This document shows, one piece after another, positions 29,526 through 38,607 of a stretch of 64,000 nt of DNA. The notes beneath the pieces were generated by a model. It was not told the origin of the DNA. It ran no database searches and was given only the letters and a program-made list of their open reading frames with translations. Position 1 is the stretch's first letter. Every line of letters begins with the position of its first letter. The stretch is from positions 165,211-229,210 of IMG/VR virus record IMGVR_UViG_3300028592_000004. One strand, 5' to 3'. A program made the translations under genes and the position numbers.

Positions 29526-30188
29526 TCAGCCGGCCTTCGGTGCCAGAAAGTCTGCAACTTCCGATGTCTTCTCCTGCGGCACAACGAGCGTGTTGTGGAA
29601 GGCCGTTCCCGTCTTCCACCCCTGAACGATGTGCTGCATCCCTTCGCGGAGACCCCGTACCCGGTTGTGGATCCGGTCCATTTCGCGGGTGTTCCAGAGG
29701 CCGGGAACGAAGAGGGCCGAGCCGCCAGCCTTGTAGAAGCGAAGGCACTGATGGAGTGTGTCGTCGATCAGGACCGCACCAGGCTTCGCCAACTCCTGCT
29801 TGTGGTTCCCGATGAATGTCTGCGTCCGGAAGTGTTTCGGCAGGTGCTTGGCGACCCAGTCGATCTTGCCGGCAGAAGCAAAGGACAGACCCGGGTGCTC
29901 ACGATCGTGCATCCACGGCGGCGCGGTCAGAATGAACTGCTTGCTCCGCGGGAAGTGAGCGTCGACCAGTTGGAGGATGTCCTCCATGTACTCGGTCGGC
30001 TTGAGGTTCGCCCACCACTCATAGCTCGTCAGGCCGAAGAACGCGTCGTGTGTCACGCCCACAGCTCCGTAGAACTCGTACGGTTCAGTCGGTGGCGTTC
30101 GGTTGACCAGCTCGAAGGCAGCGGCGTGCATGTCAGCCAGCACACCGTCGAGGTCGATGTAACACACCGGTTCCGGTCTCTCACGCAT
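29526..30188 (-). CDS. HAD-family 5'(3')-deoxyribonucleotidase-like protein
   Basis: DLDGVLAD, ILT, K.DW, LIDD. Confidence 0.82.
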   Translation of the reverse strand: MRERPEPVCYIDLDGVLADMHAAAFELVNRTPPTEPYEFYGAVGVTHDAFFGLTSYEWWANLKPTEYMEDILQLVDAHFPRSKQFILTAPPWMHDREHPGLSFASAGKIDWVAKHLPKHFRTQTFIGNHKQELAKPGAVLIDDTLHQCLRFYKAGGSALFVPGLWNTREMDRIHNRVRGLREGMQHIVQGWKTGTAFHNTLVVPQEKTSEVADFLAPKAG

Positions 30189-30786
30189 GATCAATTCCCG
30201 CGGATTGAAATGTGGCGTTCAGCCACGGAAAGGGCACGTCCGGGATCGGCCGGCCCAGAAACTTGCAGAGGGGCTCCCACCCTTCTGTGATTCGCATGTA
30301 GAGCAGCTTGTCCGGACGTCCCAGGAAGTGCTGCCCGACTTCCTGCTTTCGCTGGCGGAACGCCTGTCGCAGAGTCTCGTCGTCGTTCGTGTGGACGCAG
30401 CCGAGGTTGAGGAGGCGAAGCAAGTCGGTCAGGTTTGCCCAACGTAGCGCTTCGATCGCACGACGGTTCACCCTGGCAAGCTGCCGCTGCATGGAGGCGA
30501 CCCATGCGTCTTCGTCGCGGTCGAGCAGGATGAAGCGAGCGTTCGGGTAGGCCCGGTCGAGTTCCCGAAACCGGAACGTCATAACGTTGATGACGGTGTC
30601 GAACTCTTCCAGCAAGCTGTAGTCGACCTTCCCTTGAAGGAGACAGTTCGTCGTGTCCTTCACGTGCCGCCCGGGGCAACCGTGCGTGACCTTGAAGCCA
30701 CCGAGGATGTTCAGAGCTTCGGCGAGTGAACAGGTGCCTGTCTTGGACAGACTCACGTCGAAGAGGAAGGGGTGGTTGTGATCCAT
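30181..30786 (-). CDS. Sulfotransferase-family P-loop protein
   Basis: SKTGTCSL, YPNARFIL, GWEPLCKFLG, PFPWLN. Confidence 0.85.
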   Translation of the reverse strand: MDHNHPFLFDVSLSKTGTCSLAEALNILGGFKVTHGCPGRHVKDTTNCLLQGKVDYSLLEEFDTVINVMTFRFRELDRAYPNARFILLDRDEDAWVASMQRQLARVNRRAIEALRWANLTDLLRLLNLGCVHTNDDETLRQAFRQRKQEVGQHFLGRPDKLLYMRITEGWEPLCKFLGRPIPDVPFPWLNATFQSAGIDHA

Positions 30787-30789
30787 CAG

Positions 30790-30860
30790 TTACCCCGCTG
30801 GGATTCGAACCCAGACTACCGGCACCAAAGACCGATGTGCTGCCGTTACACCACAGAGTA
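30790..30860 (-). tRNA. tRNA-Gln(TTG)
   Basis: Cloverleaf, loop CT-TTG-GT, T-loop GTTCGAATC. Confidence 0.88.
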
Positions 30861-31033
30861 AGCAAAAGACCCCGTCGCATGACAGGGTCTTTCGTGTCCC
30901 GGATCGCTATCGGAATGCCGAACGCACGCAACCAGATGGCCCTTTTGGGAACCACGAGCCGAAGCTCACAGAAGACTATTCGCTTTCCGGGCAATTCCAA
31001 CGGGATCCTAGCCGACAGTTGGGGGTTGAGCAA

Positions 31034-31104
31034 TACCGCGTATGGGATTCGAACCCACCTAAGCCGTTAGAAAGACGGCTGTCCTCCCCGAAGACGAACG
31101 CGGC
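31034..31104 (-). tRNA. tRNA-Glu(TTC)
   Basis: Stem GCCGT/ACGGC, loop CT-TTC-TA, T-loop GTTCGAATC. Confidence 0.8.
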
Positions 31105-31108
31105 ATAG

Positions 31109-31195
31109 CGGAAGTCGAGGGACTCGAACCCTCACACCCTTGCGGGCCGTCCAGGTAGCAACCGGCGCCGGCAAACCAGTGGCCGGATGACTTCC
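31109..31195 (-). tRNA. tRNA-Ser(GCT)
   Basis: Loop TT-GCT-AC, long variable arm, G73. Confidence 0.8.
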
Positions 31196-31198
31196 AAG

Positions 31199-31282
31199 CG
31201 GAAAGCCGAAGAATCGAACTCCACGCGTTTTACCGCGCCCCCGGTTTTCGAGACCAGTTTGCCTCCGTTGGCGGGACCTTCC
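31199..31282 (-). tRNA. tRNA-Ser(CGA)
   Basis: Loop CT-CGA-AA, long variable arm. Confidence 0.85.
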
Positions 31283-31287
31283 GTAAG

Positions 31288-31431
31288 TGACGATGCCAGG
31301 AATCGAACCTAGTGAGCAGGCCACATTGGCAGTACCTCCCGCCGCTCTGCATGCGAGCGGACAGTCCCTTCCACCGTTGGCTGATCTGCACTGGCCATAC
31401 ACCAGTCCCTCTGCCATTGAGGATCATCGTC
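31288..31431 (-). ncRNA. tRNA-like RNA (144 nt) with ~70-nt insertion in the variable region
   Basis: Acceptor GACGATG/CATCGTC, D arm CCTC/GAGG, stem ACTGG/CCAGT with loop TGTATGG, T arm CTAGG-TTCGATT-CCTGG. Confidence 0.65.
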
Positions 31432-31435
31432 AAAG

Positions 31436-31511
31436 TAGCAGCGACAGGGATCGAACCTGCATGCACACGGGTCTGAGCCGTGCCGCTCTGTCCAACATGG
31501 CGTACGCTGCC
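31436..31511 (-). tRNA. tRNA with CAG anticodon (Leu), short variable arm
   Basis: Stem CACGG/CCGTG, loop CT-CAG-AC, 5-nt variable loop. Confidence 0.78.
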
Positions 31512-31515
31512 GTCT

Positions 31516-31785
31516 TTATCGACTGGCATCACCAGTCGCTCGCCTGTGATTACGAATCTGCTGGTGCGGTGAGGACGGCTCAGGATAGGGAACACTCGCC
31601 GACCGCACCGTCCATCCCGCTTCCCAGTTGCCATCTTCGTCACGCAGGCGAATCATGCGGCCGACGATAGCGAACTTGGCGGGAATCCAACTCGTGGTTC
31701 GCTCTAATCCACGAGGGGTTAGTCGCTCCAGGAGGCATTGACAGTACAGGTCGCGAGAACGGGATGGAGTATGAGGTGCAAACAT
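31516..31785 (-). CDS. Hypothetical protein within the tRNA cluster
   Basis: 89-aa ORF with RBS AGGAG. Confidence 0.6.
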   Translation of the reverse strand: MFAPHTPSRSRDLYCQCLLERLTPRGLERTTSWIPAKFAIVGRMIRLRDEDGNWEAGWTVRSASVPYPEPSSPHQQIRNHRRATGDASR

Positions 31786-31798
31786 GATGGTCTCCTAG

Positions 31799-31881
31799 TA
31801 CCGAGAGCCGGAGTCGAACCGACAAGATCGCAATGATGGCGAGTCTACAGCTCGCGGGGCCTTCCAATGCCCAATCTCGGT
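31799..31881 (-). tRNA. tRNA-Tyr(GTA)
   Basis: Stem GCGAG/CTCGC, loop CT-GTA-GA, long variable arm. Confidence 0.85.
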
Positions 31882-31969
31882 GGGGCGGGCCACTTCACCT
31901 GATCCGAGTCCGGGAGTGGTGTCACAAGCACCTTCCCTTCTGTCAGGCCGTAGTACCCGTACGGACGTG

Positions 31970-32039
31970 AGACGCCGGTCAGTGTCGAGCTGACCTCACC
32001 ATCGTTTGCTGCGACGGGCCATCCCGGATGGACGGCGTC
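31970..32039 (-). tRNA. Degenerate tRNA-Cys(GCA)-like gene
   Basis: Acceptor GACGCCG/CGGCGTC+U73, loop CA-GCA-AA (A33), T-loop CTCGACA, tiny D loop. Confidence 0.55.
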
Positions 32040-32109
32040 TTGTGGCTGCGACGGGCGGTAAACCGCCACCGCGACGTCTACGCGGTGTCCAAACGTCGCA
32101 GCCTTTGAG

Positions 32110-32182
32110 CACAGCCCCAGGGAATCGAACCCTGCCAATCGAATTTGGAGTTCGACTCGCCAGCCTTGGATCATTGGGCCGT
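32110..32182 (-). tRNA. tRNA-Trp(CCA)
   Basis: Stem TCGAA/TTCGA, loop CT-CCA-AA; D arm weak. Confidence 0.75.
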
Positions 32183-32188
32183 GTGAGG

Positions 32189-32260
32189 CCGGAGCGACCG
32201 GAATCGAACCGGTGACCACCGGGTTTCAACCGATGACTCTACCAACTGAGTTACGCTCCG
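32189..32260 (-). tRNA. tRNA-Phe(GAA)
   Basis: Canonical D arm (CTCAGTTGGTAGAG), loop TT-GAA-AC. Confidence 0.9.
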
Positions 32261-32498
32261 AAATGGAACGCTCGGTAGGGTCTGTTGTCGAAGAGACTGT
32301 CTGCCGAGCTGCCTTAGAGGCAATACCACTCGAACGACTCAAGGGCGCACAAGAGGCCGGATGAGCGTTCAAGGGAACTCAGGCTAAACAGTTCGCGGGC
32401 CATTTGATTTTGTCTCAGGAGGACGGGCAGCCAAGCGGCTGCCCGTCTCACTTCCCACTCAGGAGGCTCGGGTTTGATACCGAAGCATCGACTCCTGA

Positions 32499-32526
32499 AG
32501 CATACCTGCGATCAATCAGCTGTCAA
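32499..32526 (-). promoter_or_regulatory. Sigma70-type promoter upstream of the tRNA cluster
   Basis: TTGACA-N16-TATGCT on the minus strand in an intergenic region. Confidence 0.65.
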
Positions 32527-32533
32527 GCAGAGA

Positions 32534-33091
32534 TTATGGATGCCACACCTCATGGTTCATCAGGCCCTCGCAACCACCGAGTGGACCCTCGACGACGCGG
32601 TACTCAATGCCAGCCTTCTTGATCCGAGCCACGCCCTTCGAAACTGTCTGAGCGTATTTCTTGTAGGTCCGATCCAGTGCCGGTTTGTGGACCACGACAG
32701 CTTTCAGCCCCGCCATGATGACGGCCCGCGCACAGCGCTCGCAGATGGCCCAAGGGCAGTAGAGGATGGCGCCACGGGTAACGATCCCAGACCGAGCCGC
32801 GGTGAAGATGACGTCTTCCTCGGCATGGACGACTATGTCGTCCTTCACCTTCAGGTTTTCTTCGGTCGGCTCGAAGCCGAAGGGCAACCGGTTACAGCCA
32901 TAGATCAGCAGCGCGTCTCGATCATCTTCTGTTGCGAGCAGGGACCCGTTCTTCGTTTTCGGGTCGTCGCTCTTCTCTGCAGCGACCTGGTAGCACAGAC
33001 GGAGCGCGGTGCGGTCTGTACGGCCTTCGTCTATCTCCTTGGATCGCTTCAGCAGGGTGAGGAGATTGTGCGGCCGGGTCTTGTCTTCCAT
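32534..33091 (-). CDS. dCMP deaminase
   Basis: HAEE and PWAICERC zinc motifs; RBS AAGGAGG before MEDKT. Confidence 0.88.
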   Translation of the reverse strand: MEDKTRPHNLLTLLKRSKEIDEGRTDRTALRLCYQVAAEKSDDPKTKNGSLLATEDDRDALLIYGCNRLPFGFEPTEENLKVKDDIVVHAEEDVIFTAARSGIVTRGAILYCPWAICERCARAVIMAGLKAVVVHKPALDRTYKKYAQTVSKGVARIKKAGIEYRVVEGPLGGCEGLMNHEVWHP

Positions 33092-33195
33092 GACGTGAGC
33101 CTCCTTGCTCAACGCACCTTAGACCTTCTGATAGCTAAAGAAAAGCACCTGGCCCGGCCGAAGCCGGGCATGATGCTCGTAGATCAGGAGAAACG

Positions 33196-33475
33196 AGAGG
33201 GTCTCCCGGCGCTGTCATTGTTGCGTCCAACTCGAACGTCGGGAGACCCTCTTCAGGCATACAAAGCCCAGGCGACGGGAACGGATATTGAGGCGGGCCA
33301 GCACTCGCACCGCTCGACCGCCGCCTGGGACTACGAAACCCGATCACAGGAACAAGAGCAGGCGGGCCAGCTCTACCCTCGCTCAACTGTGATCGGGCTT
33401 GAATGTGAAAGACCGCCGAACATGACGTACGGGAAGGGAACGTCTGAGGGTAACCTTCCCAGATCGGCTCGACGG
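33196..33475 (-). ncRNA. Cluster of structured RNA modules, including a Y-RNA-like unit (33413-33475)
   Basis: Consecutive long hairpins; two share GGAAC..GGCGGGCCAGC..CGCTC (plus strand); the third has the same CGAACATG..GGTAAC..TCGGCTCG signature as the Ro60-adjacent array. Confidence 0.6.
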
Positions 33476-33659
33476 GCCAGAGGAACCGACGTCCAGGCTG
33501 GGATTAACAGCTGGCTGCCAGTTTCGAGAGCGTTTTTCGCCACCTCTCTCGTGGGCGACCGCGGACGGCCAGGAACGTTCCTGGCAATCCGGCCGGCTGA
33601 GCCGGCATAGCAGTTCACAACAAACGAACTGCAGCCACGGTGGGCTCTCGCCGCTCCCG

Positions 33660-34301
33660 TTATACCCAGTGCGCTGTTGCCTTGGCAGCGAAACCGATCA
33701 GCCAGGTGTACCCGCAGATCCCGGCGGAGATCCCGAGCGTCCGAGCCACTTCGGCTCCTTCCTCGGCCGTCTTCTTCGCCGCGGCCTCAACACCGACCGA
33801 ACGTGATGTTCGCAGGACGAGGTGGATCACGCGAACACTGTCACCACCAAGCCTGGATTCGAAGCTCCGCGGCATTGCGGTCGGCTCGTCGGAAATGCAG
33901 ATCGAGATCTCGTCTGGCGCCGTTCGCTGAAGGATGGCCGCTCGACTCGGCTTTGTATCCTGCTCCTTCTCATACCCCAGGCACTCGAAGATCGGCTGAG
34001 TCGTCAGCCCCGTGCGACGAACCCGCTGAACACGGAAGATACTGTTGCCGTGCTCGATCTCTTTGCCGTCGACGATCCGCATCTCGTGGACCATCATCGT
34101 CCGGTTGTCGAGGGAGCGGAGCGAAAGGAACGTCTCTCCGGTCGGCTGGATCTTGCCGTTGCACTCTTCGTACACCAGCTTGAACCGGCCGGTCACGGCG
34201 TCGATGCCGAGACCTTCTCGGAGCTGGGCTTCGGTGTCGTCGGCCAGAGCCGGCACCGCGATCAGACACGCCACAAACATGAACGCAAGCTGACGAAACA
34301 T
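33660..34301 (-). CDS. Secreted protein, possibly TIGR03067-like (planctomycete) domain
   Basis: Signal peptide; ISICIS..P..PRSFES segment resembles the family. Confidence 0.55.
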   Translation of the reverse strand: MFRQLAFMFVACLIAVPALADDTEAQLREGLGIDAVTGRFKLVYEECNGKIQPTGETFLSLRSLDNRTMMVHEMRIVDGKEIEHGNSIFRVQRVRRTGLTTQPIFECLGYEKEQDTKPSRAAILQRTAPDEISICISDEPTAMPRSFESRLGGDSVRVIHLVLRTSRSVGVEAAAKKTAEEGAEVARTLGISAGICGYTWLIGFAAKATAHWV

Positions 34302-34493
34302 GACTCGGCTCCTCAGAAATGGAAAGACCCAGGCGGAATGCCTGGGTCTTGTGGGCTAAGTGAATCCACTATGTTTATTGACGCGTTTCGGAGCGGAATT
34401 TAGGTCTCCAAACGCCTTCGGCGCTTGCCTCGCTCGTATCCGCTCACGTAATCGACGCCCCGTCGCTTGGACATCGGTCGAGCGCTGAACGCG

Positions 34494-35144
34494 TCATTGA
34501 AGCCGCGCTGCCATTCTCTCCGCGCTGGCGACGGTGGACTCGGTGATTTTGTCGACAACGACGATCTCCTCGGCTTTGACCGGGGTGAATGATCCAATCA
34601 TTCCGACAGTCACTTTCCCATGTACTGCGAAGATCGGGACGATCTCACAGTCGACCCAGGCGACTTTTGCGTCTGGGGTGATCCGGAATCGCATCCGGAA
34701 CATCCGGGCCTCCGCAACCGCGGCTGCCCAGTCTGCCGTCACGGCCGGCCGGTCCTGCGGGTGAATCGCAGCCTTCCAGCCGTGACCGAGCGCTTCTTCC
34801 AGGGTAAGCCCCGTCAGGTATCGCCACTCAGGCGAAACCCAGACGCAGTACCCGTGCTCGTCCGTCTGAATGACAGCCAGGGCCAGGTCGGAGACGATCC
34901 GTTGGACCATGCCATTCATGCGCACGAGGCCGTGCTCGATCCGATTGATCGAGTCCTTCATCGTCGAACCAGAGTTGGTCGAGAACTGATCGGCGATGGA
35001 GTTCAGCGTGGAGTACGCCTTGTGGAGGTTCACCCCGAGGCGAACGAATCCAAAAATGGCCCCACACAGTCCGGATCCGCCACCGATCAACCAGGCCCAA
35101 AATTCCCAGCTCGACAGCCAGGTCGTGATCAGGTTGTCTCCCAT
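34494..35144 (-). CDS. Membrane-anchored PAS-domain protein
   Basis: N-terminal TM helix; TDEHG..WVS..W..LTG..EEALGHGW..AIHPQDR PAS signature. Confidence 0.85.
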   Translation of the reverse strand: MGDNLITTWLSSWEFWAWLIGGGSGLCGAIFGFVRLGVNLHKAYSTLNSIADQFSTNSGSTMKDSINRIEHGLVRMNGMVQRIVSDLALAVIQTDEHGYCVWVSPEWRYLTGLTLEEALGHGWKAAIHPQDRPAVTADWAAAVAEARMFRMRFRITPDAKVAWVDCEIVPIFAVHGKVTVGMIGSFTPVKAEEIVVVDKITESTVASAERMAARLQ

Positions 35145-35223
35145 CCAGACGCCTCCTTGCGTGCGGGGTCGAAGGATGCAGCCTAAACCACCTCAAGGGA
35201 CCGCTCAAGGTCCGGGTTTTCCC

Positions 35224-36117
35224 TTACCCGTGCTGGGTGAGCCACTCCAGGTACACCGGAAGGTTCTCCTTCAGGCGCCGGATCGGCTTGTACGCCATCT
35301 TCTGCCGGGCCTTCGAGATGTTGCACAGCGTGAACGCCTGGTAGTTCCGACCGTACGGATTCGGGATCCACTCAACCTCCCAGTCGTTCCCGAAGATCAT
35401 GATCGCCAGGTCCCGGAAGGACGTCGCGACGCCGGACCCGATGTTGAAGATGTCGCTCATCTGGTGGAAGCCGGCCCGATGGAACGCCTGAACGGCGTCA
35501 TCGACGTGCAGCCAATCCCGCTGCTGACTTCCATCCTCGAACAGCTTTGGAGTCTCGCCGCGGAGCTTGGTCTTGAGCAGCTGATGCACCATGCTCGCAC
35601 GGAGCCCCTTGTGGGACTCACCCGGGCCGTAGGTGTTGCACAGCCGCAGACCGACTGCGTTGATCCCGTGGTTTTCAGCGACCTGTTGAACCGCCCGCTC
35701 CATGTTGAGCTTGCTCTGTCCGTACAGGTTGCAGGTTCCCACCGGAGTGACGCCCTCCACGTACGGCGCCGGCGCATCGCCATAGACAGCTGTCGAGCTG
35801 GCGTAGACGAACTGAGGACAGCCACGACTGATGACCTGGTCCATCAGGCGCATCGTGTCGGCAACGTTGATCCGGTCGTAGGCCCCGGCATCTTCACCGC
35901 GGGTGTCGTTCAAGGCGGCAAGGTGATAGCAGACGTCAATCTTCTTCGGCAGATCGTCCGGGGAGATCCCGTACAACCCTCGGTAGATCGGAATACCGGG
36001 CGGCACATTGCCGTTTCCACCGGTCACGGAATAGACCTCCTGTCCATACGCAACGAGGGAAGCGGCCAGGGCTCGGCCGATAAAACCGGACGCGCCGGTC
36101 ACCAGTGCAACGGTCAT
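35224..36117 (-). CDS. NAD-dependent epimerase, ADP-L-glycero-D-manno-heptose-6-epimerase-like
   Basis: TGASGFIG, YASS.AVYG, YGQSK, YGPGESHKG..ASMV. Confidence 0.85.
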   Translation of the reverse strand: MTVALVTGASGFIGRALAASLVAYGQEVYSVTGGNGNVPPGIPIYRGLYGISPDDLPKKIDVCYHLAALNDTRGEDAGAYDRINVADTMRLMDQVISRGCPQFVYASSTAVYGDAPAPYVEGVTPVGTCNLYGQSKLNMERAVQQVAENHGINAVGLRLCNTYGPGESHKGLRASMVHQLLKTKLRGETPKLFEDGSQQRDWLHVDDAVQAFHRAGFHQMSDIFNIGSGVATSFRDLAIMIFGNDWEVEWIPNPYGRNYQAFTLCNISKARQKMAYKPIRRLKENLPVYLEWLTQHG

Positions 36118-36353
36118 GAGTCCTCCAGAAGAATGCCAAGAACACGACAGAACAGAGCAATGAGCCGCATCGCAATGAAGGAATGCAGCATCAGCGAGAA
36201 GCCAGTTATCATCTGCCCTTCGGACGGGAGCCGAGCCAGGGCAAGGAGCGCGAACATGATGCAGCAGCCGATGAGAAAGCGCCAGCTGATCCAGCTGACC
36301 GTATCAGCCGCAGAAATCCATTCCTCCGAGCTCAACTGCATGCCGGCCTCCAT
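36114..36353 (-). CDS. Small membrane protein
   Basis: Two hydrophobic helices; ATGA overlap. Confidence 0.5.
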   Translation of the reverse strand: MEAGMQLSSEEWISAADTVSWISWRFLIGCCIMFALLALARLPSEGQMITGFSLMLHSFIAMRLIALFCRVLGILLEDS

Positions 36354-36375
36354 CCATAGGGGTGTGGGATTGTAG

Positions 36376-36852
36376 TCAGGCCGCTTCCTGAATTGCGACC
36401 TGACCGTAGTAGGCCACCGACTTTCGGGTCAGGCCCTGGTCCGCCATGTCACGAAGCATCTCGCTGTTCATCCAGCGGAGTTCGAGGTGCTCGTCCGACA
36501 GCCGCGGCGGCTGATCCGGATTCTTCGGCTTTGCAACATAGATCAGACACTGATGTGAGTGCGTCGGCGTGATCGGATGAACGTCGACGAACCGCGGTCT
36601 GGGCATCGGGGTGATGTCCGGTTCCAGCTGAGGCGGCACCTCGGCCAGGATCTCGACTTCGAGCCCGGTCTCTTCGTCAGTCTCGCGATGGAGTGCGGCG
36701 AGGACTGTCTCGTTGATTTCGATATGACCGCCGATCGGCAGCCACAGGCCGATCTTCTTGTGGTGGCACATCAGGACTTGGCCGTGCATAACGATGTAGA
36801 GGGCAACGGTCCAGTCGAGAGCGTAAAAGATGTGGGGCAACGTGGTCTCCAA
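36376..36852 (-). CDS. NUDIX hydrolase
   Basis: GGHIEINETVLAALHRETDEETGL Nudix box. Confidence 0.9.
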   Translation of the reverse strand: METTLPHIFYALDWTVALYIVMHGQVLMCHHKKIGLWLPIGGHIEINETVLAALHRETDEETGLEVEILAEVPPQLEPDITPMPRPRFVDVHPITPTHSHQCLIYVAKPKNPDQPPRLSDEHLELRWMNSEMLRDMADQGLTRKSVAYYGQVAIQEAA

Positions 36853-36855
36853 ATG

Positions 36856-36884
36856 AAAAGACCCGCAGCAAACGCTGCGGGTCT
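36856..36884 (-). terminator. Intrinsic terminator after the Ro60 gene
   Basis: 11-bp stem AGACCCGCAGC/GCTGCGGGTCT followed by a T-tract on the minus strand. Confidence 0.7.
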
Positions 36885-36904
36885 GGTGAGGGATCGATCG
36901 CGAG

Positions 36905-38530
36905 CTACTTCACGAAGCTCGCCATCACGGCAGGAACGTCGGCCGACGCGCCGACGATGTCGAGCTGACCGGCATCCTTCGGGTCAGCGACCGAGAACCG
37001 CGTGGCCGTCAAAGCACACACGATGAGTTTGGCCGGACGGTTCATCTGCTCGCGGTACATCTGCAGGGCCTGGGAGGCGTGGATCTGCCCCGCCCAGCTC
37101 TCGTTGTCCGTGTAGATGACGAAGACGTCGACCTCGATCTTGTGGGCCAGAGCGTACAACATCGGCAGGGCGCAGTCGGTCCCACCGAAGTTGAGCTTCC
37201 GCATCTCAGCGATCGCTGTCGGAATCGTGTCCCGGACGCCAATCGCCAACGGCGTCACCGCCGCAGTGTCGTACCGGCCGTTACGACCCGCCGTGAAGGC
37301 AACGACATGCGTCTCCTCTTCCGTCCGGATCGGGATCAGAGCCAGAGCCGTCGCCGCCTCCGCCGCCGAGAGACCGGGCACGCTCGCGACGTGGCTACTG
37401 TGCATACTCCCGCTGACGTCGACGCCGAGCAGGTACTTCTTGTTCGTCGGCTCCAGGTACTGGAAGGCCTTGTAGAAGCCGTCGTCGAGGGCGGAGATGA
37501 TCCGTTGATCGACGTTCCAGGTCAGGGACCCCTTCACACCCTTACCGTTCGCGTAGACCTTCGAAGCGAGCAGAAGAGCGAACGGGTGGACCCGTTCCTT
37601 CTTCAGCCGATCCGGGTTGGTCAAGGCGTTCGTGACGAACCTGGTCGTGCTCGACAACGGCTTGATGAGGTCGATGGACGTCATCTTGCCGAGGTTTCGC
37701 ACCATCGCCGTCAGCCCCATGTGCGGCAGGAGGGCCTCCCACACCTTCGGCTCGTTGAGGTACTCGGTCGGGATCGCTTCCCGCGGCAGCTGGTACGTCT
37801 CGATCGCCTTGATGATCTCCTTGGCCGACGTCGCCGCCTTCGCAGCTTCGAAGCCCAGAATCGCGGGAGCCTCGCTGCCGGCACGGCCGTGGGCGATCCA
37901 GTCGAACACCTTGCCGTGCGGACTGTCGGAAGGCACCTTCGGCTTCGACAGCCGGAGGACGTCGCGATGGGACCACGCCTTGCCGCCTTCCGAGACGACT
38001 CGCGACTGATACTTGACGGCCTGATAGGCAGCCTGATCCGCCGGCCGGCTGAGATACCAATTCTGAATGGCACGCTTGAGGCCGCGACCCCAGCCCCGGA
38101 ACTGCTCGACGGCATCGACGAACTGGAACAGGTGATAGCCCGTCCGGCAGATGTCGTTCAACGCAGCGAGGGCCTGCTGACCGAGCTCTTCCTTCTGGCC
38201 GGCGAGGTACGCCAGGACGAAGACCGCCTGGTCGTTCTTCGGCGCCAGGGCTTCGAGGCTGATCCGGCGGGTCATTTCGAGGACACGCTTGGCGTCCTCC
38301 TGCACGCACTTGGCCAGGACGGCGATGCTGTCCTGCGTCATCTTCTGTTCGGTGACGTAGTACGATCCGCCCATCGTGCCGAGGATCAGGAAGCGTTCAA
38401 GCTGCTTCCAGTGATCAACGACGAACGAGAAGCCGCCAGCGTTGTTTTTCTCCATCGGCTTGCCGGGGATCGGCTGCGACTGCGGAGTCTGACGGGTGGA
38501 AGCCGAACGTGCGTAGCGTGACGCGTTCAT
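36905..38530 (-). CDS. rsr: Ro60-related TROVE + vWA domain RNA-binding protein
   Basis: NNAGG, RFLILG, GWGR, KYQSR, SHRDVLRL, DVSGSM (MIDAS), GGTDC, YTDNE. Confidence 0.95.
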   Translation of the reverse strand: MNASRYARSASTRQTPQSQPIPGKPMEKNNAGGFSFVVDHWKQLERFLILGTMGGSYYVTEQKMTQDSIAVLAKCVQEDAKRVLEMTRRISLEALAPKNDQAVFVLAYLAGQKEELGQQALAALNDICRTGYHLFQFVDAVEQFRGWGRGLKRAIQNWYLSRPADQAAYQAVKYQSRVVSEGGKAWSHRDVLRLSKPKVPSDSPHGKVFDWIAHGRAGSEAPAILGFEAAKAATSAKEIIKAIETYQLPREAIPTEYLNEPKVWEALLPHMGLTAMVRNLGKMTSIDLIKPLSSTTRFVTNALTNPDRLKKERVHPFALLLASKVYANGKGVKGSLTWNVDQRIISALDDGFYKAFQYLEPTNKKYLLGVDVSGSMHSSHVASVPGLSAAEAATALALIPIRTEEETHVVAFTAGRNGRYDTAAVTPLAIGVRDTIPTAIAEMRKLNFGGTDCALPMLYALAHKIEVDVFVIYTDNESWAGQIHASQALQMYREQMNRPAKLIVCALTATRFSVADPKDAGQLDIVGASADVPAVMASFVK

Positions 38531-38607
38531 GGGAAGCCTTTCCTACAAAAGAAAACGCCGAACAGGATGCTCGGCGTGAGTGGTCAGCGAGGCCCGCTGA
38601 AAGAATC

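Noticed and set aside
33135-33655. RNase P RNA or tmRNA
   Set aside because: No GAGGAAAGUCC-type P4 signature and no tRNA-Ala-like ends with a tag ORF were seen
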